64,000 bases of DNA from Methanoregula sp. (GCF_028712425.1 NZ_JAQTQD010000001.1:23414-87413); one strand, 5' to 3'; shown: positions 39,106 through 49,188, numbered from the stretch's first letter. Numbers and translations: made by a program. Notes: generated from the letters alone by a model not told the origin.

Positions 39106-39780
39106 ATGAAATTATTCAGCAGGAAACCTGACAGTACAGAATTTCCGGACACGCCCATAGGACAGCAGTGCCGGGAACTCAGAGAAGCAAAAACCTGTGG
39201 CGAACTGGGCGAACAGATAGCCCGGCTCGTGCTCACCCATTCCCCTGCCGATATCCAGCAGATGAAGAGGAATTTCGAGACGAAAGTCAGGGATCTTGAC
39301 CCGGTATACCGAGAGAAGGTAACCGCGAAGATCACCGGGCACCTGCTCGGGACATACCAGCGGATAAGGCTTGACAACCAGCAGGGCGTGTATAAAACCC
39401 TGAAAGAACCGATCTTACCGGAGAAGAAGAAATACTGGGAGATGGTAGCCGGGCAGTGCGGTGATGAAGACGGTGGGGATGCACCGGCAATCCGGTTCCT
39501 CAAGTATCTCCTTGCCGGTTATTCTATGCTGGTTCTTGAGGAACCGGGCCATGCCGTGGGAACACCGTTCCCGGGCGGTGACGAAATCGAGCTGGTGAAC
39601 GGGGTCTATTATTGTCCCGTGCGGGAGAAGGCCGGTGATGTGGATGCCGCCCTCTGCCCGTTCTGTCCCGCAAAACAGACGCCATCCATCGGGTATCTCT
39701 GCCCTGCAACAAAACCCACGGAACGGAACAAACAGGAATTTATCGACAACTGCTACCGGTATCACAACTTCAATGGGTAA
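39106..39780 (+). CDS. DUF2115 (UPF0305)-like protein
   Basis: 224 aa. The C-terminal segment HAVGTPFPGG...YYCPVREK...CPFCP resembles the methanogen UPF0305 family. Confidence 0.5.
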   Translation: MKLFSRKPDSTEFPDTPIGQQCRELREAKTCGELGEQIARLVLTHSPADIQQMKRNFETKVRDLDPVYREKVTAKITGHLLGTYQRIRLDNQQGVYKTLKEPILPEKKKYWEMVAGQCGDEDGGDAPAIRFLKYLLAGYSMLVLEEPGHAVGTPFPGGDEIELVNGVYYCPVREKAGDVDAALCPFCPAKQTPSIGYLCPATKPTERNKQEFIDNCYRYHNFNG

Positions 39781-39935
39781 CGTGCGGGTGAGGATATCCT
39801 TCCGGGGCACCCGAGAATACAAGAGAGTAACCTGTTGTTCCTGCCGTCAGAGAAGAGTATATTTCATTGCAGATCCATCACTACTGGTGGACATGCCGGG
39901 GAGCGTTATCCCGGCGGTTATCTTTGGGGGAATGG

Positions 39936-42038
39936 ATGACGTTGCAGGAAGTGCAGTATGATGATCCATCGCTCTATATCAACCGCGAACTGAGCTGGAT
40001 ACGGTTCAACCGGCATGTGCTGGATGAGGCTCTGGACGAGAGCCACCCCCTCCTTGAACGGGTGAAGTTCCTCTCTATCTTTGCCAACAACCTGGACGAG
40101 TTCTTCATGATCCGGGTCTCAGGTCTCCAGCGCCAGCTTGCAAAAGGTGTGCTCAAGGCGCCACCAGACGGCATGACAGCCGGCCAGCAGCTGGATGCCA
40201 TTCATACCATGCTCCTCCCGGACCTCCAGGCACAGGACGAATGCTGGCACAACGAATTGCTGCCCAAACTTGCCGAACAGGGGATTCTCCTGCGGAAATA
40301 TGATGCCCTGACTGACCGGCAGAAATCGGCAATGGACCGGTTCTTTGTTGAAGAGATCTTCCCGGTCCTCACCCCGCTTGCGTTCGACAGCTCGCACCCG
40401 TTCCCGTTTATCTCGAACCTCTCCCTCAATCTTGCCATCATTGTCCGGGACCATTCCGGCAAAGAGTTCTTTGCCCGGGTCAAGGTCCCGACCAAGCTCT
40501 TCCCGCGGCTGGTCAGGATTCCCGGGGCGGATGGCAGTCTGAAGAACGACGACTCCCTTGTACAGTTCGTGTATCTCGAGGAGATCATTGCCGCACACCT
40601 GGACATGCTCTTCCCCGGGCTCGATGTCATCGCCTCGTTTCCGTTCCGCATCACGCGGGATGCCGACCTGGAGATTGAAGTGGACGAGGCTTCCGACCTC
40701 CTCACCACGGTCGAGGAGGTTGTGGAGCAGCGAGCCCGGGGAAAACCGGTTCGCATTGAAGTCGAATGTTCCATGCATGACGGTATCTGCCATACACTCG
40801 GCTCAAAACTCGGTGTGCCCAAATCCATGATCTACCATGTTGCCCACCCGGTGGGAATGGCCGACCTGATGCAGCTGATGTCGCTTGACCGCCCGGAACT
40901 CAAGGACACCCCCTTCCTCCCCTCCATGCCGGATGACCTTACCGATGACATGGACGTTTTCTCAGCGATACGCCGTCACGACATTCTCCTCTATCACCCG
41001 TATGACAGTTTCACGCCGGTCGTCAACTTCATCCGGCAGGCAGCCCGCGACCCGGATGTGCTCGCGATCAAGATTACCCTCTACCGCGTTGGTTCGAATT
41101 CACCGATTGTCAATGCCCTGATGGAAGCACGGGAGAATGGGAAGACTGTGGCAGCCCTGATCGAACTCAAAGCACGGTTCGATGAGGAGAACAATATTGG
41201 CTGGGCCCGGGCACTGGAACGGCTTGGCGTCCACGTCGTGTACGGGGTTGTCAACCTGAAAGTCCATGCCAAACTCTGCATGGTGGTCCGGCGCGAGAAA
41301 GACGGGATCCGCCGGTACATGCACCTGGGGACCGGGAACTACAATGCAGCAACCGCCCGGATTTATACCGATTTCGGGCTCATGACCTGTGATCCCGGTA
41401 TTGGGGAGGACGTTGCTAATCTCTTCAATTTCCTTACCGGGTATGCCCGCATCGAGGAGTACACCAAGCTGATGGTGGCCCCGGTCACGATCCGGAAGAT
41501 GATCCTTGAAAAGATCGAGAGGGAGATCGCCCGCCAGAGATCGCATGGCGACGGGCATCTCATCTTCAAGATGAATGCCCTTGTCGACGCAGCCTGTATT
41601 GCGGCTCTGTACCGTGCTTCTGCCGCCGGCGTGAAGGTTGACCTCCAGGTACGGGGGATCTGCTGTCTCCGCCCGGGACTGCCCGGGATCAGCGAGAACA
41701 TCCGCGTATCGGCGATTGTCGGTCGATTCCTCGAACATGCCCGGGCCTACTACTTCTATAATGGCGGGAACGAGGAACTCTGGCTGGGCAGTGCAGACCT
41801 CATGCCGCGGAACCTTGACAAGCGCGTGGAAGTCCTCTTCCCGGTGGAAAACGAACCGCTGAAAAAAGCTGTCATCAAGACCATCCTGCCGGTCCAGCTG
41901 GGCGATAACTCCAAGTCAAGAATTCTTCTGCCGGACGGCACCTATTCCCGCAGGAGACCGGACAAGAGCGAAGAACCGTTGAATGCACAGTCGTGGCTTG
42001 TCGGGCACAGGGGTGCATGGTATGACCGTCATTCCTGA
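39936..42038 (+). CDS. ppk1: polyphosphate kinase 1
   Basis: INRELSWIRFNRHVL, NLDEFFMIRV, and two PLD-like HxK-type segments (KVHAK, HLGTGNYN). Start taken at ATG 39936. Confidence 0.9.
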   Translation: MTLQEVQYDDPSLYINRELSWIRFNRHVLDEALDESHPLLERVKFLSIFANNLDEFFMIRVSGLQRQLAKGVLKAPPDGMTAGQQLDAIHTMLLPDLQAQDECWHNELLPKLAEQGILLRKYDALTDRQKSAMDRFFVEEIFPVLTPLAFDSSHPFPFISNLSLNLAIIVRDHSGKEFFARVKVPTKLFPRLVRIPGADGSLKNDDSLVQFVYLEEIIAAHLDMLFPGLDVIASFPFRITRDADLEIEVDEASDLLTTVEEVVEQRARGKPVRIEVECSMHDGICHTLGSKLGVPKSMIYHVAHPVGMADLMQLMSLDRPELKDTPFLPSMPDDLTDDMDVFSAIRRHDILLYHPYDSFTPVVNFIRQAARDPDVLAIKITLYRVGSNSPIVNALMEARENGKTVAALIELKARFDEENNIGWARALERLGVHVVYGVVNLKVHAKLCMVVRREKDGIRRYMHLGTGNYNAATARIYTDFGLMTCDPGIGEDVANLFNFLTGYARIEEYTKLMVAPVTIRKMILEKIEREIARQRSHGDGHLIFKMNALVDAACIAALYRASAAGVKVDLQVRGICCLRPGLPGISENIRVSAIVGRFLEHARAYYFYNGGNEELWLGSADLMPRNLDKRVEVLFPVENEPLKKAVIKTILPVQLGDNSKSRILLPDGTYSRRRPDKSEEPLNAQSWLVGHRGAWYDRHS

Positions 42039-43638
42039 TGCCCTGCCCGGCTCTGTCGGCCAGTGCTGGTTTGCGACGCAGAGACTGCCCCCGCTTCTTG
42101 AAGCATTCGCAAAGGAGATCGAAGGTGTTCGCAGTGGAGACGATATTGAATACATCCATCGCATGCGGGTTGCATCCCGGCGTCTCCGGGCCGCACTCCC
42201 CCTCTTTCGTTCGTGCTTTCCGGCAAAGCAGTATGCCCGCTGGATGCAGGAGATCGCAACAATCACGCGCGCACTGGGAAATGCACGGGACGCGGATGTC
42301 CAGATTGCGTTTCTGGTAAAATATCGGAAAAAGAGTTCTGCAGTACGGAATAAAAAAAATCCTGAAGGATCTCCGCAGGAAAAACCGCTCGAACCGGCGA
42401 TTGCTTACCTCCTGCAGGACCTGAAAAAAAGCCGGCAGCAGCTCCAGGACCGGGTCCTGTCAGCACTTGATTCCCTGGAGAAGAGCGGGATTATAGATGA
42501 GATGCGGGCCGCGTTTGCTCTCAGGATGATATCCTGCCGCAGGACCCCGGTACAGTCTGCTGCCTACGGGATCCCGACAATTGCAGCTTTCCGGATTGTA
42601 TCGCGTCTCAATACGATGTGTTCGTTTGGAGACTGGGTGTCGCATGCTGATGCTGTTGCCGAACACCACGCCATGAGGATAGCGGCAAAAAAGCTCCGGT
42701 ACACCATGGAAGTGTACGGCCCTGTTTACCAACGGGGGCTGAAGCGATCTCATGCACAGGTAAAATACCTTCAGGAGATCCTGGGAGATCTCCATGACTG
42801 TGATGTCTGGATCGACCATGTCACCCTGCTCCTCCTCCGGGAACGCGGGCGCATGAGGAGTGGTCGCAATGATAAGCACCCGGATACGGCAACGCTCGCC
42901 AGCCTGCGCTTGTTCCTCGCGGCCCGGGAGAGGGAACGTACGCTCCTCCACCGGAGGTTCATGCGGTACTGGCAGTCTCTTATCGACAATACAGCATGGG
43001 ATCAACTTCGCATGGATCTCACGCAAAAGAGAAAGCAGATGTTTATCCCTGCCGGGGATGGGACAAAGAAGGATATCTGCACCGTGTGCAATACCCTTTC
43101 AGCATCCTATCCGGAAGGGCTTTCCCATCACAAAACCGTTACCCGCCTTGCGCTCATGTTCTTTGACAGCCTTCTTCCGCTTCATGCACTGACCCGGCAT
43201 GACCGGAACCTGCTCGAATGCGCAGGGATGCTCCATGATATGGGCTGGCAGGAAGGGGCACGAAAGCACAATATCCGGTCGGCCCGTTGGATCTTTTCCG
43301 AGGAATCCCTTCCCCTGGATATCCGTGACCGGAGCATTGCAGGACTCATGGCCCATGCCCACCGCGGGCGCGTGAAGATCGAATCCCACCCTCTCTTCCT
43401 GCTGCTCACGAAAGAGGACCAGAAAAAGACACTCCTGCTGTCCGCAATTCTCCGTGTCGCAGACGGGCTCGACTATCTCCATACCGGCACGGTGCAGGAA
43501 GTTCATTGTATCATTGGTGAAGCAGAAGTCACTTGTGATGTTATCTCCCTCTCAGATTGTACTAAGGAGAAAGAACGGGCAGGGTCCAAATCCGCCCTGT
43601 TCGCCCGCGAATTCGGCAGGGAGCTGGTATTCCGGTGA
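42022..43638 (+). CDS. CHAD-domain protein fused to a C-terminal HD domain
   Basis: The CHAD signature HRMRVASRRLRAAL is repeated (HAMRIAAKKLRYTM). The C-terminal HD segment is AGMLHDMGW. It overlaps the ppk1 end by 17 nt. Confidence 0.75.
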   Translation: MTVIPDALPGSVGQCWFATQRLPPLLEAFAKEIEGVRSGDDIEYIHRMRVASRRLRAALPLFRSCFPAKQYARWMQEIATITRALGNARDADVQIAFLVKYRKKSSAVRNKKNPEGSPQEKPLEPAIAYLLQDLKKSRQQLQDRVLSALDSLEKSGIIDEMRAAFALRMISCRRTPVQSAAYGIPTIAAFRIVSRLNTMCSFGDWVSHADAVAEHHAMRIAAKKLRYTMEVYGPVYQRGLKRSHAQVKYLQEILGDLHDCDVWIDHVTLLLLRERGRMRSGRNDKHPDTATLASLRLFLAARERERTLLHRRFMRYWQSLIDNTAWDQLRMDLTQKRKQMFIPAGDGTKKDICTVCNTLSASYPEGLSHHKTVTRLALMFFDSLLPLHALTRHDRNLLECAGMLHDMGWQEGARKHNIRSARWIFSEESLPLDIRDRSIAGLMAHAHRGRVKIESHPLFLLLTKEDQKKTLLLSAILRVADGLDYLHTGTVQEVHCIIGEAEVTCDVISLSDCTKEKERAGSKSALFAREFGRELVFR

Positions 43639-45230
43639 GTGAAGGGGAGATCGGGCCCGAAGGACGGGTTGTCACCTTCATTGACCTTGGAACGAACTCG
43701 TTCAGGATGCTCATTGTCCGCATCAACGCGAACCACTCGTATACGATCCTCTCGCGCCAGAAGCAGCAGGTGCGTCTCGGAGAAGGAGCGTTCGAAGATG
43801 AGGAGATTACTCCTCCCGCCATGGATCGCGCGGTTATCGTTGCAAAGAAGTTCGTGGATCTTGCGTGCACATTCCATACCGAGGAATTTGTGGCAGTAGC
43901 CACGTCAGCGACACGGGAAGCCACTAACCAGAATGAGCTGCTGCACCGGCTCCGGCAGGAAGCCGGACTTGATATACGGATCATCTCCGGCCGCGAAGAG
44001 GCACGCCTCATCTACCTTGGTGTTGCGGGCACCGTTAATCCTGCCAACCGGACAATCTTCTGTATCGACATCGGTGGCGGCAGTACCGAAATTGCGGTTG
44101 GCGATGCACGGGGATACCACCATCTTGACAGTTTCCCCATCGGGGCGATACGGCTTGCCAATCTCTATCCCTGTCCTGATGAACGGGGAATTATTACACC
44201 CGCCCAGCAGAAACAGATCCACCAGCATGCCAGAGACGCAATAGGCCCCGTGCTGGTTCCCGTACGGTCGTTGAAGCCCGATTGCGCCATCGGGAGTTCC
44301 GGCACGATCATGAACCTTGCTGAGATCGCAGGAAAAGCGCTCCATTCCGGTTCAGTGCCATTACAAGGATCAAATGGTCAGACGCTGAAATACAAGGAGC
44401 TGAAGAAGGTAATCGAGCTCCTGTCTTCCATGACCCTTGAACAACGCAGGCGGGTGCCCGGGATCAACCCGGACCGGGCGGACATCATCGTTCCCGGGGC
44501 CATTATTCTCGAAGTATTCATGAAGGAACTGGGATTGTCTGAGATCTCTGTCACCAATCGCAGCCTGCAGGACGGACTTCTTGCCGATTACCTCTCACGG
44601 ATGGACACCTTTCCCCTGATGGGAGAACTGACACCCCGGCAGCGGAGCGTCCTCCAGCTGGGACGGTCCTGCGGGATCAATGAAGTCCATGCCCGGACGG
44701 TCACTATGCTTGTTCTTGAGATGTTCGACTCGGCAAAGACCAAGAAACTCCATGACTTTTCCGATGCCGAGCGAGAACTCCTTGAATATGCAGCATTTCT
44801 CCATGATATCGGGTCATTCCTGTCGTTCACCAACCACCATGCGCACTCGTATTATATTATCCGGAATTCCGAACTTCTCGGGTTCAATGAACGGGAGGTG
44901 AACCTTATCGCCATGCTGGCCCGGTTCCACCGTAAAAAGAGCCCCCGGAAAAAAGATTCCTTTGTCACGGACCTGGATCCCCGGGACCAGCGCGCTCTCC
45001 TCCTGCTCTCCTGTTTCCTCCGGCTGGGCGAGAGCCTTGACCGGAGCCATGCTGCCCTTGTGCAGCATGTCCGTTTCTCTGCTGCCGGCAAGAATACGGC
45101 ACGGCTTGAGATCCAGGCCCGGGGGGAATGCCAGCTGGAGATGTGGGGGATCGAGAATGAGAAACGTGCATTCGAGAAAGCGTTTGGCCGAAACATTATC
45201 TTTTCAGTTGTGGAGACCACACCTTCCTGA
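43635..45230 (+). CDS. ppx: Ppx/GppA-family exopolyphosphatase with a C-terminal HD domain
   Basis: ASKHA motifs DLGTNSFRM and DIGGGSTE. HD segment AAFLHDIGSF. The GTG start overlaps the CHAD stop by 4 nt. Confidence 0.85.
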   Translation: MSEGEIGPEGRVVTFIDLGTNSFRMLIVRINANHSYTILSRQKQQVRLGEGAFEDEEITPPAMDRAVIVAKKFVDLACTFHTEEFVAVATSATREATNQNELLHRLRQEAGLDIRIISGREEARLIYLGVAGTVNPANRTIFCIDIGGGSTEIAVGDARGYHHLDSFPIGAIRLANLYPCPDERGIITPAQQKQIHQHARDAIGPVLVPVRSLKPDCAIGSSGTIMNLAEIAGKALHSGSVPLQGSNGQTLKYKELKKVIELLSSMTLEQRRRVPGINPDRADIIVPGAIILEVFMKELGLSEISVTNRSLQDGLLADYLSRMDTFPLMGELTPRQRSVLQLGRSCGINEVHARTVTMLVLEMFDSAKTKKLHDFSDAERELLEYAAFLHDIGSFLSFTNHHAHSYYIIRNSELLGFNEREVNLIAMLARFHRKKSPRKKDSFVTDLDPRDQRALLLLSCFLRLGESLDRSHAALVQHVRFSAAGKNTARLEIQARGECQLEMWGIENEKRAFEKAFGRNIIFSVVETTPS

Positions 45231-45253
45231 TTGGTATCCCTTTGGTTAATACT

Positions 45254-46114
45254 TCAACCGAATTTTTTTAACGCTGCTTCGGCTTCAGAAGCAACCTGCA
45301 GATTGCTGCTGTTCAGAAATCTCGTCAGGGGGGTAATTGCCCGGCGGTTCCCTATCTCGCCAAGTGCCCAGACGATTGCCGTGATCCACTCCCTGCCCGT
45401 TTCGAGCAGGGCAATGAGTGGTTCCGTAGCATCCTGCGCCCGGAGTGCTCCAAGAACAAGCACGGCACGGGTGACCACCTGTTCGTGCGAGTCCCCAAGC
45501 GCTTCGATCAGGGGTGGCACGGCAGGTTCCCCCATGTGAACAAGTGCATCAAACGCTGCCTCCCTAACCCTCCATAAAGGGTTTTCCAATCCTATGATCA
45601 GGAGACGAATTGTTTCGGTATCCGGTGAATCCCCCATTGCGTGAATTGCGGAAAAGCAGATTTCAGGATCGCCGGATTCTAACTGCCGGGCCCATTCAGC
45701 ACGTTGTTCCCATACCTTGCCGGTTGTCATATCCTCCGGAAAGGAGATTCCCGGTATCCGTTTCAAAGCACCCTGCAGGGCGCTGTTTTTCTTGGTATCG
45801 GAAACCGTACCGGCCCCGAGTGCCGCTGCCCAGGTATCCACGGCCCATTGTGCAGCCTCATCAGAAAAGGCCAGTTCGTCCTCCAGGCGTTTTTTCAGGA
45901 AACCCCGGAACAGTTCCGGGGGAAGCGAATGACGGGGGGAGAGGAGGTCGGCCGGAATTTGCTGGCGCACGGCATTGACCAGGACGAAGATCTCCTGGCG
46001 GCACCGCGGGCAGGTGTCGCGAAGCAGCGCTTCGCACCGCAGCGGATCAAACGCAAGGGATGTCCCGTGGCGGGAAACAAGGGAAAGAAGGATGCGGGCT
46101 GCTTCTTCGTTCAT
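45254..46114 (-). CDS. HEAT-repeat protein with a distinct N-terminal domain of about 100 aa; fourth gene of the vWA-PP2C-kinase operon
   Basis: C-terminal HEAT/PBS-lyase-like repeats (LENPLWRVREAAFDALVHMGEPAVPPLIEAL...). The start ATG overlaps the kinase stop (ATGA). Confidence 0.7.
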   Translation of the reverse strand: MNEEAARILLSLVSRHGTSLAFDPLRCEALLRDTCPRCRQEIFVLVNAVRQQIPADLLSPRHSLPPELFRGFLKKRLEDELAFSDEAAQWAVDTWAAALGAGTVSDTKKNSALQGALKRIPGISFPEDMTTGKVWEQRAEWARQLESGDPEICFSAIHAMGDSPDTETIRLLIIGLENPLWRVREAAFDALVHMGEPAVPPLIEALGDSHEQVVTRAVLVLGALRAQDATEPLIALLETGREWITAIVWALGEIGNRRAITPLTRFLNSSNLQVASEAEAALKKFG

Positions 46115-47472
46115 GGTGTCACCATGGAGTCTGGTGCGGTAATGGTTATGGTGACTCCGTCAATCATGATCGCGGCCCCGGGATTCAGCGGTATGGCCCG
46201 GCCCGGGGGAACAACTGATTTGCTGCCATCAGGGAATTCAGCATTCCATGGCGCCCTTGTAGCATTCCGGATTCCGGATGCGCCGGGAATAGCAGGGTGG
46301 GGGACAACAATGCCAATGATTGCGGACCCGTCATCATTGGCCGGTGACAAGGTGACATGCCTTCGCCGGAGTGTGGTGCCGTTCGAGAGGGCGATGAATG
46401 TTTCGGCGGAATGACGACGAACAACCAGAAACGGGGGATGGGGAAGAGAGGTACTACAGTTCCAGCAGGTACCCGGATTGCCCGACAAGTCAAGAAAATT
46501 CTCGGCACGGCACCGCGGGCAGGAAATGATCCGGTCCTTGATTCTGGAGAAGAGGTTCTGCCATTCTCCTTCAGTGACCCTTCGTGAGGGATCCTTCAGC
46601 CCGTCAGTAAATGCGCGGATGAACATATCCTGCAGGTCGGTCGGACACAGGCTCCAGCGTTCCCGTGCAATCCCATAATCAGGATCTGTGGGCAGGCGGT
46701 TATCCGGGTTTTCCGGGTCGAAGACAAAGATCGGTGTTTCCCCGTACACTTTTTTCTTTGCCGGGATGTCCCAGCAGTGGAAACGGTATTCCATCTCACC
46801 GTGGAACGGATGGTGCCACACCCAGAGGTAGAATAGGAGGATGGCAAGTGAGTGGAGATCGGTCTGGGTTGAGGGATCGGCCTCGCCACGGATGATCTCG
46901 GGTGCCATGTACTCCATCGTACCCCAGACCTGGCAGCGGGACTGGCGGTTCACTCCCACATTGTCATTATCGCAGATCAGGATATCGCCGGAGACGGGCT
47001 CAAACATGAGGTTGCCTGCGGAGATATCGCGATAGCAATGACCGGAGAGGTGGAGTGCACGATAGCTGTTTGCGAGCTGGTACGAGATTTCAGACAGCGA
47101 TGAAAAGTTCGGGACAGGTTTGAGGTGTGCCCAGACCTCGCCCAGTTCCGCAAATTTCTGTGTGTCGATCCGTGCCATAAGGTACCCGAACTGGCCCGAT
47201 CCCTCCCGTGTGACAAGGTCCAGCGGCCAGATAAACCGCCGGCCCGCTGCTCCGAACGGTGGGCCGGTCCGGACGAGATAGAGAATTGCCGATCGCTGTT
47301 CGGCTGTTGCCTGTTCAGGCTTGTACCATTTCACTGCCTGGTAGCCCTGTGGCCCTTCGACAAGGTACACTTCTCCCTGCGTTCCCTCGCCAAGTTTCCG
47401 GAGTACATGCAGTTCCGTGCCGGAAAGTTCAGCTTTTACGCGCTGTCCGATTGCGAGAGGCATTACCAGCAC
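46111..47472 (-). CDS. Ser/Thr protein kinase with a C4 zinc ribbon and an FHA-like C-terminal domain
   Basis: Gly loop GEGTQGEVY, Lys in AVKWY, catalytic loop YRDISAGN, ICDNDNVG in place of DFG, MEYMAPE, Zn ribbon CPRC...CWNC, and an FHA-like tail ending MIDGVTITI. Confidence 0.8.
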   Translation of the reverse strand: MLVMPLAIGQRVKAELSGTELHVLRKLGEGTQGEVYLVEGPQGYQAVKWYKPEQATAEQRSAILYLVRTGPPFGAAGRRFIWPLDLVTREGSGQFGYLMARIDTQKFAELGEVWAHLKPVPNFSSLSEISYQLANSYRALHLSGHCYRDISAGNLMFEPVSGDILICDNDNVGVNRQSRCQVWGTMEYMAPEIIRGEADPSTQTDLHSLAILLFYLWVWHHPFHGEMEYRFHCWDIPAKKKVYGETPIFVFDPENPDNRLPTDPDYGIARERWSLCPTDLQDMFIRAFTDGLKDPSRRVTEGEWQNLFSRIKDRIISCPRCRAENFLDLSGNPGTCWNCSTSLPHPPFLVVRRHSAETFIALSNGTTLRRRHVTLSPANDDGSAIIGIVVPHPAIPGASGIRNATRAPWNAEFPDGSKSVVPPGRAIPLNPGAAIMIDGVTITITAPDSMVTP

Positions 47473-48377
47473 TCCGTGAGACCGGGGACAGTCTCATCTT
47501 TATCCTGTTCCTGTTCAGACCGGGATAAATCTGTTTCATGGGGATTGATACTGACAAAGACGATGGTCATGTCATCCCCGCTTGCGAGCTCGGAATACCG
47601 GTCAAGCCATCCTGCCATCGAGCCGGCAACGCTTTCGATCCCAAACTCTTTCACCCGGTCAACGAGGCTTTTGATAAAGGTAAAAAATTCCCCGCCTTCC
47701 GTTGTGTCGAATGAATCTGAAACGCCATCGGTTGCAGCGATAAGGACCCCGCCATCTCCCCGGTCAAGGGTTGCGGTACGCCAGAGAAGGTGGGCATCGC
47801 GGGATGAGAGCGAGTGGGTCTCTTTTCCCACGAGCCGGGTCTCCATGGGAATGGGGCATTCAATGGAGCCGTCTGGTCGCACAAGGACAATATCCCCGTC
47901 ACCGATCTGGCCGATGAGGATGGTATCGGCAACGATAAGGGATGCAATGAGGGTAGAGCCATATCGGACATAGGGATCCGTTTCCGGGCCGGCTATCTCC
48001 CGGCCGGACGCGTCAGACTGCACATATTCCCTCCATCGGCGGGTAACTCTCCTTGGGAAATCCGCTTTGAACTCCGAGCGGAGAATATGCGAAGGGATTG
48101 TATGAACATGCATCCGGTGGAAACTGGTCAGTTCATCCATGCCTGCCTGTACCCCGAGAGATGCTCCGGTCCTGCTCTGGTCATGCCGGGGATCGCCATG
48201 CCCGTCAGCAATGGCTACCGCGATCCAGGGAATCGCACCCGAGGCACCGCTGCAGATGGCATAAGCATCTTCGCAGGGACGGGAGAGCCGGAGGTGGGAT
48301 GCCCCTCGACGGCTGCACCCGAACGCCCAGCCAAGCGTTGGATCGGATGCACAGAGGAACTGTCGGTGCTCGGGCAT
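47463..48377 (-). CDS. PP2C-family protein phosphatase
   Basis: CEDAY, IADGHGD and AATDGVSD metal-binding motifs. It overlaps the kinase start by 10 nt. Confidence 0.75.
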   Translation of the reverse strand: MPEHRQFLCASDPTLGWAFGCSRRGASHLRLSRPCEDAYAICSGASGAIPWIAVAIADGHGDPRHDQSRTGASLGVQAGMDELTSFHRMHVHTIPSHILRSEFKADFPRRVTRRWREYVQSDASGREIAGPETDPYVRYGSTLIASLIVADTILIGQIGDGDIVLVRPDGSIECPIPMETRLVGKETHSLSSRDAHLLWRTATLDRGDGGVLIAATDGVSDSFDTTEGGEFFTFIKSLVDRVKEFGIESVAGSMAGWLDRYSELASGDDMTIVFVSINPHETDLSRSEQEQDKDETVPGLTECW

Positions 48378-48384
48378 GAACGAT

Positions 48385-49188
48385 CTAGAATAAATCGGTG
48401 TTGGAGGTTATCATCGGGGGTGGCGATTCAAGGGATACGTTCGAGGTGTCGTCCATACCGGTGCTGCGGCTCCTTCCCCGTGACGAGGCAACCGATGCCG
48501 ATACAGAGGCCCACTTGATATAGGTGACCAGTTCCTCGGGCGAATGCGCTTTGAGGAGCCCGATCTGGTCCTGGTTGACAAATTTTAAGAGTTCGGGCTC
48601 ATTATAATCAGACTCGTCACCGATAGCAATAGCAAGCCGGACCGCTTTTACTCCCCAGGGGATTTTCGAGAGTTCGGCAATGGCATTGTCGTATTCATCG
48701 CGGGGATCGGTACAGAAACCATCGGAGACAAGGATGCAGACCGGGGGGAGTCCCCGGCGGGGCATGTGTTCGATTGAGAGTTCACCGGTGAGGAGGTTGA
48801 TTGCCTTTGCCGTTGCGGTCAGGCCGGAAGTCTCAAGCTCGGGCCAGGTAAAATCCTCGAGCGGGACAGCTTCGGGGCCGACATGCCACGAAGCATCATC
48901 GGAGAATTTGATTGCCCGCATGAAGATCTCGACCTGGGGATACGCGGCAACAGCCTTCTGGACTTCAGGGATTGCCTCGCGGATCGCCTGGTTCAGGGTC
49001 GCTATCTTCTTGCCCCGCATAGAGTCGGAACAATCTGCGAGCCAGAAAAAGTGCAGCTTCTTTTTGGCAACCTGCCCATCGGGAATCGGAATTGTATCGT
49101 CTATGATAATACCCCCTCGCTTACCATTCAATCTGCCAGATAACCATATAAGTTCACCGTTTTCGGGCTTTTTGCTGAAGGCGGACAC
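48385..49188 (-). CDS. von Willebrand factor type A (vWA) protein, TerY-like
   Basis: MIDAS DCSDS (DxSxS), a later LTAT, and a VSDG motif. The C-terminal tail is Ser/Thr/Arg-rich. Its stop lies 7 nt before the PP2C start. Confidence 0.75.
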   Translation of the reverse strand: MSAFSKKPENGELIWLSGRLNGKRGGIIIDDTIPIPDGQVAKKKLHFFWLADCSDSMRGKKIATLNQAIREAIPEVQKAVAAYPQVEIFMRAIKFSDDASWHVGPEAVPLEDFTWPELETSGLTATAKAINLLTGELSIEHMPRRGLPPVCILVSDGFCTDPRDEYDNAIAELSKIPWGVKAVRLAIAIGDESDYNEPELLKFVNQDQIGLLKAHSPEELVTYIKWASVSASVASSRGRSRSTGMDDTSNVSLESPPPMITSNTDLF

